Source: Pseudonocardiaceae bacterium (lineage in GTDB: Bacteria; Actinomycetota; Actinomycetes; Mycobacteriales; Pseudonocardiaceae). Taken from it: 64,000 nt of DNA. A program made the position numbers and the translations under genes. Below, piece by piece: positions 38,236 through 47,605 of the stretch (the first letter of the stretch is position 1; every line of letters begins with the position of its first letter). The stretch lies in NCBI GenBank assembly GCA_050699715.1, contig JBOHFR010000009.1, forward strand, positions 28,941 to 92,940, in the 5' to 3' direction. The notes under the pieces are model-generated. The model searched no databases and was not told the DNA's origin. It saw only the letters and a program-made list of their open reading frames with translations.

Positions 38236-39180
38236 ATGGAGGACATCGTGGTGCTGCATTACCCCAGTGTGCGATATCCTAACTGGCGGTTGTTATGCGA
38301 AGCCGCGCGGCGCCGTGGTATCCAGCTCACGACGTGGGAACCCCACCGGCTTCAGGTTCACTGCATGGACGGGTGGATCTCGGGCTGTTATGACGGCAAG
38401 CCGGTACGACCGGAAATCGTCCTGCACCGTACAGTCGCGGCATTTCAAGGAATCGTGATTCCAGTGTTAAAAATATGGACATCCGAAGAGACCGTCGTCC
38501 TGAACGAGCCGGACGCCGCGTATCACTCGAGAGACAAGTTGTTGACTTATCTCGCGTTGCATCGCGCCCAGGTACCGATCGTGCACACGGTCGCTTTCGT
38601 TGAGCCGAGCGAAGAGGCCATGCGGCCTCTTGCGGATCATCGGGGCGTGATCCTGAAGCCAGCTCATGGGGTTCGAGGCGAAGGAATCCGCGCTTTTGGG
38701 TCGACGGGTGAGCTCTTAGCGGCCTGGGAGGATGATCTCGAACGGCAGTCTCCTGTGTCACTCGCGAGGGAGCACTACGTTGCCCAGCCTTTAGTGGGGG
38801 GAGGCGGCCGCGACGTGCGCGCTTTCGTGGTGGATGGCTCCTGTGTGGCATTAATGCAGCGCCAAGCGGCTCCCGGCGAGGTCAGGGCTAACCTCACGCT
38901 TGGCGCAACCCCTACCCAGCTTCCGCTAGATCACCCGGCCGCATCGACTGCGGTGGCGGCAGTGGAAGCCTGCCGACTTGACTATGGAGGTGTCGACCTG
39001 ATCGAGGACGACGACGGAACCGTTCGGGTCCTAGAGGTTGACGCGTGGGCTGGCTTCGCGGGTATTTCCGCCGTGACCGGCGAGGACGTCGCGGGCGCCA
39101 TACTCCAACTCGCCGTGACGCGCCGGCTCGGCGGCCCACTGGGAGGCCCGGGAGGCCGACTGGGAGACACAGCCACATGA
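38236..39180 (+). CDS. RimK-family ATP-grasp ligase 1
   Basis: 'DKLLTYLALHRAQVPI', 'VILKPAHGVRGEGI', 'GRDVRAFVVDG', 'GGVDLIEDDDGTVRVLEVD'. AT-richer than its surroundings. Confidence 0.8.
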   Translation: MEDIVVLHYPSVRYPNWRLLCEAARRRGIQLTTWEPHRLQVHCMDGWISGCYDGKPVRPEIVLHRTVAAFQGIVIPVLKIWTSEETVVLNEPDAAYHSRDKLLTYLALHRAQVPIVHTVAFVEPSEEAMRPLADHRGVILKPAHGVRGEGIRAFGSTGELLAAWEDDLERQSPVSLAREHYVAQPLVGGGGRDVRAFVVDGSCVALMQRQAAPGEVRANLTLGATPTQLPLDHPAASTAVAAVEACRLDYGGVDLIEDDDGTVRVLEVDAWAGFAGISAVTGEDVAGAILQLAVTRRLGGPLGGPGGRLGDTAT

Positions 39181-40052
39181 CGCTTGGCATCGCGCGCAAC
39201 CCCTATGCCACGAACGTGCCTACCCGGCTTGCTGAAGCGGCCGCCGAACGTGACATTCCCGTCCGGGTTATCGACCTCCCGACGCTCACCGTCAACATCA
39301 GCGTAAACGGAGAGGCGGTGGTCCGCGACGCGGTGGGTGTTATCGACATTACCAGCCTTGCTCCTTATCTGCTTTTCGGGCACCCGACAGCGGTACACGC
39401 CTTTCGCATACTCTCCCGGCGAGCGTACCTGCAGAACCCGGTAGATAGCGTATTGACAGCGGACGATAAAGCGGCGACAGCGGTACAGTTGGCGCACGCC
39501 GCACTGCCTCAGGTGCCGAGCACTATCTGCCCACTTGACTTGGAAAACGCGCTCACGGCGGCCGGAGAGATTCAGTACCCGGTGGTTATCAAGCGCACTC
39601 ACGGGGCACAGGGTCGATGGGTTCGTCGCTCCGAAAATGCCGCCGCCCTGACGTGGGCCTTTCATGAACTTAAATCCGAGGGGCCTGGGGCGCTGATCTT
39701 ACAACCGGAGGTTACCGAATTCCACGGGCGCAGCATTAGAGCCGTGATAACAGGTGGGCATTTACTGGCGGCGACGCTACGGACAGCCGCCGGAAACGAG
39801 TGGCGAAGCAACATCGCGGGCGGAGCAACGCAGCATCCTGTCGACTTGACACCGAACGAGCGCACGTTGGCTGAGGATGCGGCCCGAGTTCTTGGGCTTG
39901 GCCACGCCGGAATCGACATTGTGCGAACGGCGCGTGGCCCGCTCATCCTTGAGGTGAACTCTTGCCCCGACTTTACGAGCATGCTCCCCTACTTCGGCGA
40001 GGATCTTACCCGAGCCGTGCTGTTGTCATGCCTACCAGCGGCAAGCGGATAG
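39177..40052 (+). CDS. RimK-family ATP-grasp ligase 2
   Basis: ATGA overlap with ligase 1. 'DKAATAVQLAHAALP', 'VVIKRTHGAQGRWV', 'GRSIRAVITGG', 'WRSNIAGG', 'GIDIVRTARGPLILEVNSCP'. Confidence 0.8.
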   Translation: MTLGIARNPYATNVPTRLAEAAAERDIPVRVIDLPTLTVNISVNGEAVVRDAVGVIDITSLAPYLLFGHPTAVHAFRILSRRAYLQNPVDSVLTADDKAATAVQLAHAALPQVPSTICPLDLENALTAAGEIQYPVVIKRTHGAQGRWVRRSENAAALTWAFHELKSEGPGALILQPEVTEFHGRSIRAVITGGHLLAATLRTAAGNEWRSNIAGGATQHPVDLTPNERTLAEDAARVLGLGHAGIDIVRTARGPLILEVNSCPDFTSMLPYFGEDLTRAVLLSCLPAASG

Positions 40053-40312
40053 CCTCTTCTCCCGCGACAGCCCTCGGTGTGCGCGGCCCCGGGCCTGAGA
40101 ACGTTCCTGAGACAGGGCTGTCTGTACGGGCGCCACGCCGATATGCAGCCCGGGCAGGGGGCTGCCTACTATTCGCGAAAACGTGCAACAACACGTCATT
40201 TCGTGTGATCTGGGGCGGGTATCGGCCTCGCTGGAGCCAGGCTGTGACTGCGGCCACGGCGGCGGTGTCCGCCCGTCGAGGTCTTGCCGGGCACCCTACA
40301 CATCCGCTAATA

Positions 40313-40328
40313 TCGAACACATGTTCGA
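40313..40328. promoter_or_regulatory. Perfect actinobacterial SOS (LexA) box-like palindrome
   Basis: TCGAACACATGTTCGA matches TCGAAC-N4-GTTCGA exactly. No obvious SOS gene lies next to it. Confidence 0.4.
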
Positions 40329-40375
40329 ATTTGTTCGGATGGGTCCCCACCGTCACTCGCCGCGAGCGTGGCGGC

Positions 40376-40573
40376 GGGCACGATGATCGAGACCACAACA
40401 CCGCACGCAACCTGGCCGCGCTCGCCGACCAGGCCGTCTCGGGCGAGTTGCGCCCTGACGTGAAACAGCCCGCTGGAAACCCACATCAGACCGCCCTCGG
40501 CGGCACCGGGTACTGCCGCAGGAAGACTCAGATCATGAGTCAACGTCGCCCCCGCGAGGTGGCAGCTCCATGA
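40376..40573 (+). pseudogene. C-terminal remnant of an IS200/IS605-family TnpB (OrfB) gene
   Basis: 'GHDDRDHNTARNLAALADQAVSGE...' resembles the RuvC-III/C-terminal tail of TnpB proteins. No upstream part remains. Confidence 0.45.
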
Positions 40574-40717
40574 GACGTTGTGACACGTTTCGAGGAACGG
40601 TTCGCCGATCACGCACGTCACGAGCCTCGGCGGCGGTAGGTTCTGCATCGACACGGTTCCACGGCCGCCCCGTCCCCATCCTGCCAGAGTCACAGCCCTA
40701 CGAGCCGAAAGTTCACG

Positions 40718-42040
40718 ATGAGCGCTGACTTGCCCGCTGACTTCTTCACCAAGCCGGTCTCCGAGGTCGACCCCGAGATCGCCGAGGTGCTCGCGGCCGA
40801 GCTCTCCCGCCAGGAGCACACCCTGGAGATGATCGCCTCGGAGAACTTCGTGCCGCAGGCCGTCTTGGACTGCCAGGGCTCGGTGCTCACCAACAAGTAC
40901 GCGGAGGGTTACCCAGGCCGGCGGTACTACGGCGGTTGCGAGCACGTCGATGTGGCTGAGCAGCTGGCCATCGACCGGGCCAAGGAGCTGTTCGGGGCCG
41001 AGCACGCCAACGTGCAACCGCACAGCGGCGCCTCGGCCAACGCCATCGTCTACAGCGCGCTAATGGAACACGGCGACACGTTCCTGGGGATGAAGCTCGA
41101 TCATGGCGGGCACCTCACCCACGGCATGCAACGCAACTTCTCTGGGCTGTACTACACCGTGGTGCCCTACGGGGTGGACCGGGAGACCTCCCGGGTGGAC
41201 ATGGACGAGGTTGCGCGGCTGGCGAAGGAGCACCGGCCGAAGATGATCCTCGCCGGCTGGTCGGCCTACCCTCGCCAGCTCGACTTCGCCCGCTTCCGGG
41301 AGATCGCCGATGAGGTGGGCGCCTACCTATTCGTCGACATGGCGCATTTCGCCGGCTTGGTCGCCGCCGGTGAGCATCCCAACCCGGTACCCCACGCCGA
41401 CGTCGTCAGCACGACGATCCACAAGACGCTAGGCGGGCCGCGCAGCGGGATGATCCTCTGCAAGGAGGAGTTCGCGAAAAAGATCAACTCGAGGACGTTC
41501 CCAGGCTGGCAGGGCGGCCCGCTGATGCACGTGATCGCCGCCAAGGCGGTCGCGTTGAGGATCGCCGCGTCGGAGGAGTTCCGGGAGCGCCAGCGGCGCA
41601 CCCGCGCTGGCGCCCACGCGCTCGCCGAGGAGATGCTCAGCGGCGGGCTCACCGTGCTCACCGGCGGCACTGACGTCCACCTGGTCATGGCTGACCTGCG
41701 GGAATCCCCGCTGAATGGGCGCCAAGCCGAAGACCGGCTCGCCGCGATCGGGATCACCGTTAACCGCAACGCGGTGCCCTTTGACCCCCGACCGCCGGCC
41801 GTCGCGTCCGGCCTGCGGATCGGGACCGCCCCGCTGGCCACCCGGGGCCTGCAGGAAGACGACTTCCGCGAGATCGGAAAGATCATTACTGACGCGCTCA
41901 CCGGCGATCTGGACGACGCGGAGCGGGCGTCGCTGTGCGAGCGCACCCGGGCACTGGCCAAGCGCTACCCGTTGTACCCACAGCTTGCACCCAGTCCCCC
42001 AGCGCTCAGCTCCCCAACACCCAGCCCCGAAGGACGGTGA
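40718..42040 (+). CDS. glyA: Serine hydroxymethyltransferase
   Basis: '[39 protein letters not shown]', '[14 protein letters not shown]'. Confidence 0.95.
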   Translation: MSADLPADFFTKPVSEVDPEIAEVLAAELSRQEHTLEMIASENFVPQAVLDCQGSVLTNKYAEGYPGRRYYGGCEHVDVAEQLAIDRAKELFGAEHANVQPHSGASANAIVYSALMEHGDTFLGMKLDHGGHLTHGMQRNFSGLYYTVVPYGVDRETSRVDMDEVARLAKEHRPKMILAGWSAYPRQLDFARFREIADEVGAYLFVDMAHFAGLVAAGEHPNPVPHADVVSTTIHKTLGGPRSGMILCKEEFAKKINSRTFPGWQGGPLMHVIAAKAVALRIAASEEFRERQRRTRAGAHALAEEMLSGGLTVLTGGTDVHLVMADLRESPLNGRQAEDRLAAIGITVNRNAVPFDPRPPAVASGLRIGTAPLATRGLQEDDFREIGKIITDALTGDLDDAERASLCERTRALAKRYPLYPQLAPSPPALSSPTPSPEGR

Positions 42041-42045
42041 CATCC

Positions 42046-43251
42046 ATGCCCAACGGACCCCTGCACCTGTTCATCCCCGGTCCGACCAATGTCCCGGACG
42101 CGGTGCGCCGCGCCATGAACGTTCCGATGCAAGACCACCGGGCACCGGATTTCCCTGAGCTGACCCTGCCACTGTTCGCCGACCTGAAGAAGATCTTCGC
42201 CAACGAGACCGGCCGGGTGTTCCTGTACCCGTCCTCTGGCACCGGGGCGTGGGAGGCGGCGATCAGCAACACCCTCAACCGGGGCGACCGGGTGCTGATG
42301 TCGCGTTTCGGCCAGTTCTCCGACCTCTGGGCCAGCATGGCGCAGCGGCTGGGCCTGGACGTGATCTGTGTGGACCGGGAGTGGGGTGAGGGCGTCCCGC
42401 TGGAGGACTATGCGCGCCACCTCGCCGAGGACAACACCATCAAGGGCGTCTTCGCCTGCCACAACGAGACGGCCACCGGGGTGACCTCCGACATCGCCGG
42501 TGTCCGGCGGGTGATGGACGCGGCCGGCTCGGATGCGCTGTTGTTCGTCGACGCGGTGTCCTCGCTGGCGTCGATCCCGTTCGAGCAGGAGGCCTGGGGC
42601 GTCGACCTGGCGGTGACCGGCTCGCAGAAGGGCTTGATGATGCCCCCGGGGCTGTCGATGCTCGGAGTCAGCGCCAAGGCGGTGGAGGCGCACAAGTCAT
42701 CCACGATGCCGCGCTGCTACTTCAGCTTCGAGGACATGCTCAGGACCAACGACCTCGGCTACTTCCCCTACACCCCGCCCACACCGATGCTGCACGGCTT
42801 GCGGTGCTCGCTGGACCTGCTGTTCGCCGAAGGCCTGCCGCAGGTGTTCGCGCGCCACCACCGGCTCGCCGAGGGGATCCGTCGCGGGGTGAGCGCGTTG
42901 GGCTTGTCGCTGTGCGCGCTGGATCCGCGGTGGTACTCCGACACCGTCACCGCGATCCGCACCCCGGAGGGCGTGGACGCCGCAGAGGTCTGCCGGATCG
43001 GCTTCCACCGCTACCGCACGTCGTTCGGGGGCGGCCTGTCCAAGGTGGCGGGCATCGTGTTCCGGATCGGCCATCTCGGCGATCTCAACGAGGTGATGTG
43101 CCTTGCCGCGCTGGCCAGCGCGGAGATGTCGCTGGCCGACGCCGGGGCCAAGGTGGAGCTTGGGGCCGGTGTCGCGGCGGCCCAGGACTACTACCGCAGC
43201 GCGATCACCACGCTGGAGGCCGAGGCGGGCCCCCGAGGAGGAACCAGGTGA
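42046..43251 (+). CDS. sga: Serine--glyoxylate aminotransferase (class V)
   Basis: 'LFIPGPTNVPDAVRRAM', 'NETATGV', PLP-Lys 'TGSQKGLMMPPGL'. Flanked by glyA and malyl-CoA lyase. Confidence 0.85.
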   Translation: MPNGPLHLFIPGPTNVPDAVRRAMNVPMQDHRAPDFPELTLPLFADLKKIFANETGRVFLYPSSGTGAWEAAISNTLNRGDRVLMSRFGQFSDLWASMAQRLGLDVICVDREWGEGVPLEDYARHLAEDNTIKGVFACHNETATGVTSDIAGVRRVMDAAGSDALLFVDAVSSLASIPFEQEAWGVDLAVTGSQKGLMMPPGLSMLGVSAKAVEAHKSSTMPRCYFSFEDMLRTNDLGYFPYTPPTPMLHGLRCSLDLLFAEGLPQVFARHHRLAEGIRRGVSALGLSLCALDPRWYSDTVTAIRTPEGVDAAEVCRIGFHRYRTSFGGGLSKVAGIVFRIGHLGDLNEVMCLAALASAEMSLADAGAKVELGAGVAAAQDYYRSAITTLEAEAGPRGGTR

Positions 43252-44201
43252 GCCACACCCTGTACCCGATGCGCCAGCCCCGGTTGCAACGCAGTGAGCT
43301 CGCGGTGCCGGGATCGAACACCAGCTTCATCGACAAGGCCGCGAAGAGCGCGGCCGATGTCGTGTTTCTCGATTTGGAGGATGCGGTAACCCCCGGTGAC
43401 AAGGAGCGGGCCCGCCGTACTGTCATCGAAGCGCTGCGTGACATCGACTGGGCAGCCACAGGAAAAACCGTGTCGGTGCGGATCAACGGGCTGGACACCC
43501 ACTACATGTATCGCGACGTCATCGACGTGATGGAGCAGGCAGGCGACCGGGTGCACACCATCCTGGTGCCCAAGGTCGGGGTGCCGGCGGATCTGTACTG
43601 CGTGGAAACCCTCATTAACCAGGTGGAGCAGGCCAAAGGTTACCCGAACAAGGTCGGTATCGAGGCACTGATCGAGACCGCGCTGGGAATGGCGAACGTG
43701 GAGGCCATCGCGAGCAGTCCCGGCCGGTTGGAGGCGCTGCATTTCGGGGTGGCCGACTACGCGGCGAGCAACCGGGCCCGCACGGTGAGCATCGGTGGCC
43801 TGAACCCGGATTACCCCGGTGATCAGTGGCATTTCGCGCTGTCGCGGATGATCGTGGCCTGCCGTGCCTACGGACTACGCCCGATCGACGGCCCATTTGG
43901 CGACTTCTCCGACCCCGATGGCTACCGCGCCGGGGCCCGGCGGGCGGCGGCGCTGGGCGCTGAGGGTAAGTGGGCGATTCATCCCAGCCAGATTGAGCTA
44001 GCCAATGAGGTGTTCAGCCCGCCCAAGGCTGAGCTCGACCGAGCCCAGCGCATTGTCGAGGCGCTGGCCGAGGCTGCGGCGCAGGGCAAGGGTGCCGCGG
44101 CGGTGGATGGCAAGATGATCGACGCAGCCTCGGAGCGGATGGCCCAGACGGTGATCGCATTGGACCAGGCGATCCGGGCCGCAACCACCAGCCGGGCCTA
44201 G
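43248..44201 (+). CDS. mcl: Malyl-CoA lyase (HpcH/HpaI / CitE-like)
   Basis: Long identity runs with the remembered Methylobacterium extorquens MclA: '[10 protein letters not shown]', '[14 protein letters not shown]', 'PKVGVPAD', '[15 protein letters not shown]', 'FGVADYAAS', '[23 protein letters not shown]', '[17 protein letters not shown]'. GTG start overlaps the sga stop. Confidence 0.9.
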   Translation: MSHTLYPMRQPRLQRSELAVPGSNTSFIDKAAKSAADVVFLDLEDAVTPGDKERARRTVIEALRDIDWAATGKTVSVRINGLDTHYMYRDVIDVMEQAGDRVHTILVPKVGVPADLYCVETLINQVEQAKGYPNKVGIEALIETALGMANVEAIASSPGRLEALHFGVADYAASNRARTVSIGGLNPDYPGDQWHFALSRMIVACRAYGLRPIDGPFGDFSDPDGYRAGARRAAALGAEGKWAIHPSQIELANEVFSPPKAELDRAQRIVEALAEAAAQGKGAAAVDGKMIDAASERMAQTVIALDQAIRAATTSRA

Positions 44202-44217
44202 ACTAGAGGGGGCGAGC

Positions 44218-45396
44218 ATGGACATCCACGAGTATCAGGCCAAGGAGATCCTGGCCCGCTTCGGGGTCCCCGTCCCCCGCGGCGGCCTGGCCTACAGCCC
44301 CGAACAGGCATCCTACCGGTGCACCGAGATCGGCGGGTCGGCCTGGGTGGTCAAAGCCCAGGTGCACACCGGTGGCCGCGGTGGCGCCGGCGGGGTGCGG
44401 CTGTGCCACTCCGACCGTGCGGTGCAAGACGTCGCGAGCGACATGTTCGGCCGGCGGCTGGTCACCCGGCAATCCGCGCCGCGGGGCAAGCTGATCTACC
44501 GGGTGTACGTCGAGGAGGCCACCGACATCGCCCGCGAGTTGTACTTCGCGGTCGTGCTGGACCGTCGCATCGAGCGGGTGTGCATCATCACCTCGGCCGA
44601 GGGTGGGGTAGAGATCGAGGAGCTGGCGGCCGCCAAGCCTGAAGCGCTGGTGCGCACGACGATCGACCCCGCGGCGGGCTTCCTGGAGTTCCAAGCCCGG
44701 GAGATCGCGTTCGCGCTGGGCCTGCAATCGGCGCAGATCGCCGAGGCCAGCAGAATTTTCCGGCGCGCGTACCGGGCTTTCCGAGACCTGGACGCCACCA
44801 TGCTGGAGATCAACCCGCTGGCTGTGACGGGCACGGGCGGCATCGTCGCGCTGGACGCCAAGATGTCCTTCGACGACAACGCGCTGTTTCGCCACCTCGA
44901 CATCTCCGAGCTGCGCGACCGCAGCCAGGAGGACGCCAGGGAGAGCCACGCCGCCGACCGCGGGTTGGCCTACGTCAGCCTGGACGGCGACATCGGCTGC
45001 ATGATCAACGGCGCCGGCCTAGCGATGGCGACCATGGATATGATCAAAATCGCGGGCGGGCAGCCGGCGAACTTCCTGGACATCGGTGGTGGCGCGTCGC
45101 CAGAGCGGGTGCTCAAGGCCTTCCGCGCGGTGCTGCGGGACGACAAGGTCAAGACGATGTTGATCAACATCTTTGCCGGCATCAACCGCTGTGACTGGGT
45201 CGCCGAAGGCATCGTGGCCGCGTTCAAGGAGATCGACGTCAAGATCCCGGTGGTGGTGCGGCTGGCCGGCACCCACGTCGAGCGGGGACAGCGGATCTTG
45301 CATGACTCCGGACTGCCCATCATCACCGCGGGCACCCTGGCCGAGGCGGCCCACAAGGCCGTCGCCGTCGTGGGCACCGTCGGTGCCAGCGCCTGA
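44218..45396 (+). CDS. mtkA: Malate thiokinase (malate--CoA ligase) beta subunit
   Basis: SucC-like fold, closely parallel to the remembered M. extorquens MtkA ('[10 protein letters not shown]', 'MLEINPL', '[15 protein letters not shown]', '[18 protein letters not shown]', '[15 protein letters not shown]'), in a serine-cycle context. Confidence 0.85.
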   Translation: MDIHEYQAKEILARFGVPVPRGGLAYSPEQASYRCTEIGGSAWVVKAQVHTGGRGGAGGVRLCHSDRAVQDVASDMFGRRLVTRQSAPRGKLIYRVYVEEATDIARELYFAVVLDRRIERVCIITSAEGGVEIEELAAAKPEALVRTTIDPAAGFLEFQAREIAFALGLQSAQIAEASRIFRRAYRAFRDLDATMLEINPLAVTGTGGIVALDAKMSFDDNALFRHLDISELRDRSQEDARESHAADRGLAYVSLDGDIGCMINGAGLAMATMDMIKIAGGQPANFLDIGGGASPERVLKAFRAVLRDDKVKTMLINIFAGINRCDWVAEGIVAAFKEIDVKIPVVVRLAGTHVERGQRILHDSGLPIITAGTLAEAAHKAVAVVGTVGASA

Positions 45397-45438
45397 GCTG
45401 TCTCAGAGAGGCTCGCTAGAAAGGTCCGCTAAAAGGCT

Positions 45439-46374
45439 ATGGCCATCCTGATCGACGAGCACACCCCCGTGGTGGTCCAGGGCATCACCGGCCGCATCGG
45501 GCGCTTCCACACCGAGGAGATGATCGACTACGGCACCAACGTGGTCGCTGGCGTCACCCCGGGCAAGGGCGGCGAGCGCGCGCTGGACCGTCCGGTGTTC
45601 AACACCATGAAAGACGCCGTGGCGCAAACCGGGGCAAGCGCCTCGATCGTGTTCGTGCCGCCCCCCTTCGCCGCCGACTCCATCATGGAGGCCGCCGACG
45701 CCGGGATCCGGTTCTGCGTCTGCATCACCGATGGCATCCCGATGCAGGACATGATGCGGGTCAAGCGCTACATGCGCCGTTACAAGGCCCAGGGGCGGAT
45801 GACGCTCACCGGGCCCAACTGCGCGGGCACCATCTCACCCGGGCGGGCGCTGCTGGGCATCATGCCCGGGCACATCTACCTGCCCGGACGAATCGGGGTG
45901 ATCGGGCGCTCGGGCACGCTGGGCTACGAGGCCGCGTCCCAGATGAAGGCGCTAGGCATCGGTGTGTCTACCTCGGTCGGCATCGGCGGCGACCCCGTCA
46001 ATGGCACCTCATTCCGCGACCACCTGGAACTGTTCGAAGCCGACCCGGACACCGACGCGGTGGTGATGGTGGGCGAGATCGGCGGGCCGCAGGAAGCCGA
46101 GGGCGCCGACTACGTGCGCGATCACATGACCAAACCGGTGATCGCCTACATCGCCGGGCTGTCCGCCCCCAAGGGCCGCAAGATGGGCCACGCTGGCGCG
46201 ATCGTGTCCGCCGTAGGGGAATCCGCCCAGGAGAAAACGGAGATCCTGGCCGCCGCCGGCATCACGATGGCACCCAACCCGTCGTGCATCGGTGAGACCG
46301 TGGCCCAGGTGCTCGCCGAGCATGGCCTGCCGCTGGAAAACCAGTCTGAGCCTCTGGAGGATCGCCGTGGATGA
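45439..46374 (+). CDS. mtkB: Malate thiokinase alpha subunit
   Basis: '[18 protein letters not shown]', '[16 protein letters not shown]', '[11 protein letters not shown]', '[10 protein letters not shown]', phospho-His region 'MGHAGAI'. Confidence 0.85.
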   Translation: MAILIDEHTPVVVQGITGRIGRFHTEEMIDYGTNVVAGVTPGKGGERALDRPVFNTMKDAVAQTGASASIVFVPPPFAADSIMEAADAGIRFCVCITDGIPMQDMMRVKRYMRRYKAQGRMTLTGPNCAGTISPGRALLGIMPGHIYLPGRIGVIGRSGTLGYEAASQMKALGIGVSTSVGIGGDPVNGTSFRDHLELFEADPDTDAVVMVGEIGGPQEAEGADYVRDHMTKPVIAYIAGLSAPKGRKMGHAGAIVSAVGESAQEKTEILAAAGITMAPNPSCIGETVAQVLAEHGLPLENQSEPLEDRRG

Positions 46375-47335
46375 ACCCCTCATCATTGTCACCCGGCGCT
46401 GGCCGGCCCCAGTCGAGGAGCAGCTGGCGCGGCGCTTCGGCCACGTCCGGCTCAACAGTGACGACGTGCCGCTCGGGCCCGACGGGCTGCGCGCCGCGCT
46501 CGAGCAGGCCGACGTGGTGCTGCCCACTGTGTCCGACCGGCTGGGCGCCGAGCTGTTCGACGGCGAGCTGCGGACTAGGTTTTTGGGCAACTTCGGCGTC
46601 GGCTACAACCACATCGACACCGAGGCCGCCGCCAAGGCCGGGATCGTCGTCACCAACACCCCGGGGGTGCTCACCGACACCACCGCAGACACCACGATGA
46701 CCCTGCTGCTGATGGTCGCCCGACGGGCCGGTGAGGGGGAACGCGAGGTCCGCGCCGGACGCTGGACCGGCTGGCGCCCCACCCACATGATGGGCGCCGA
46801 CATCACCGGCAAGACGCTGGGCATCCTGGGCATGGGCCGGATCGGGTTGGCGGTGGCCCGCCGAGGGCACTTCGGCTTCGGCATGCCGGTGGTCTTCTAC
46901 GACCCGGTCGACATCAAGCCCGACCACGGGATCCCCGGCGCCCGCCGGGTCGGCACCGTCGAGGAGGTGCTGGCCCTCGCCGACTTCGTGTCGCTGCACA
47001 TGCCCGGCGGCGGCGGGAACGCCCACCTCATCAACGCCGCAGCGCTGGCCCGGATGAAGCCCACCGCGTTCCTGATCAACAGCGCCCGCGGCGATGTGGT
47101 CGACTCCGCCGCCCTGGTTGAGGCACTGCGATCCGGCACGATCGCCGGCGCCGGGCTCGACGTCTACGAGGACGAACCCGAGATCCCGCAGGCGCTGCTC
47201 GAGCTGGACAACGCCGTGCTGCTACCGCACCTGGGCAGCGCCACCCTGGAGACCCGCACCGCGATGGGCCTGCTCGTCCTGGACAATCTGCAGGCCTTCC
47301 TGGAAGGCCGTGAGCCCCCCTGCCGAGTGGCCTGA
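46367..47335 (+). CDS. hprA: D-2-hydroxyacid dehydrogenase (hydroxypyruvate/glyoxylate reductase)
   Basis: 'GILGMGRIGLAVARR', 'LINSARGDVVD', 'GAGLDVYEDEP', 'LPHLGSAT'. GTG start overlaps the end of mtkB by 8 nt. Confidence 0.8.
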   Translation: MDEPLIIVTRRWPAPVEEQLARRFGHVRLNSDDVPLGPDGLRAALEQADVVLPTVSDRLGAELFDGELRTRFLGNFGVGYNHIDTEAAAKAGIVVTNTPGVLTDTTADTTMTLLLMVARRAGEGEREVRAGRWTGWRPTHMMGADITGKTLGILGMGRIGLAVARRGHFGFGMPVVFYDPVDIKPDHGIPGARRVGTVEEVLALADFVSLHMPGGGGNAHLINAAALARMKPTAFLINSARGDVVDSAALVEALRSGTIAGAGLDVYEDEPEIPQALLELDNAVLLPHLGSATLETRTAMGLLVLDNLQAFLEGREPPCRVA

Positions 47336-47605
47336 TGCCGCCGATGAACGACGAAGCCCTATCTCCTTGACCTGGATATCCGCGCAGACCACCCGTACTC
47401 GGGGTGTTGCGTTCACTACGTGCAGGGATAATAGCTCTCTGTGCACGATTTACCCTCATGAGCGTATGGAATCTTCCCCATTCAGACTAAAAAGTGCCCG
47501 GTTTACCCTAATATTTTTTACTCTGGGTATGACATTCTCGATCTGGCTGGACGCACGCGAGGGCAACCAGCACACTCTGCTCAGTGACGATCCGCGAGCT
47601 GACCG

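Noticed and set aside
40307-41023. 238-aa ORF on the minus strand
   Set aside because: Overlaps glyA antisense. No motif. High-GC shadow ORF.
42804-43247. Long 5' extension of the malyl-CoA lyase ORF (465 aa)
   Set aside because: The extension overlaps sga in another frame and is Arg/Gly/Pro-rich. Homology to Mcl begins at the GTG at 43248.
44218-46374. Annotation as housekeeping succinyl-CoA synthetase sucCD
   Set aside because: The fold is the same. However, the genes are embedded between malyl-CoA lyase and hydroxypyruvate reductase and track the remembered M. extorquens MtkA/MtkB sequences closely. The malate thiokinase call is preferred, though only phylogeny can settle it.
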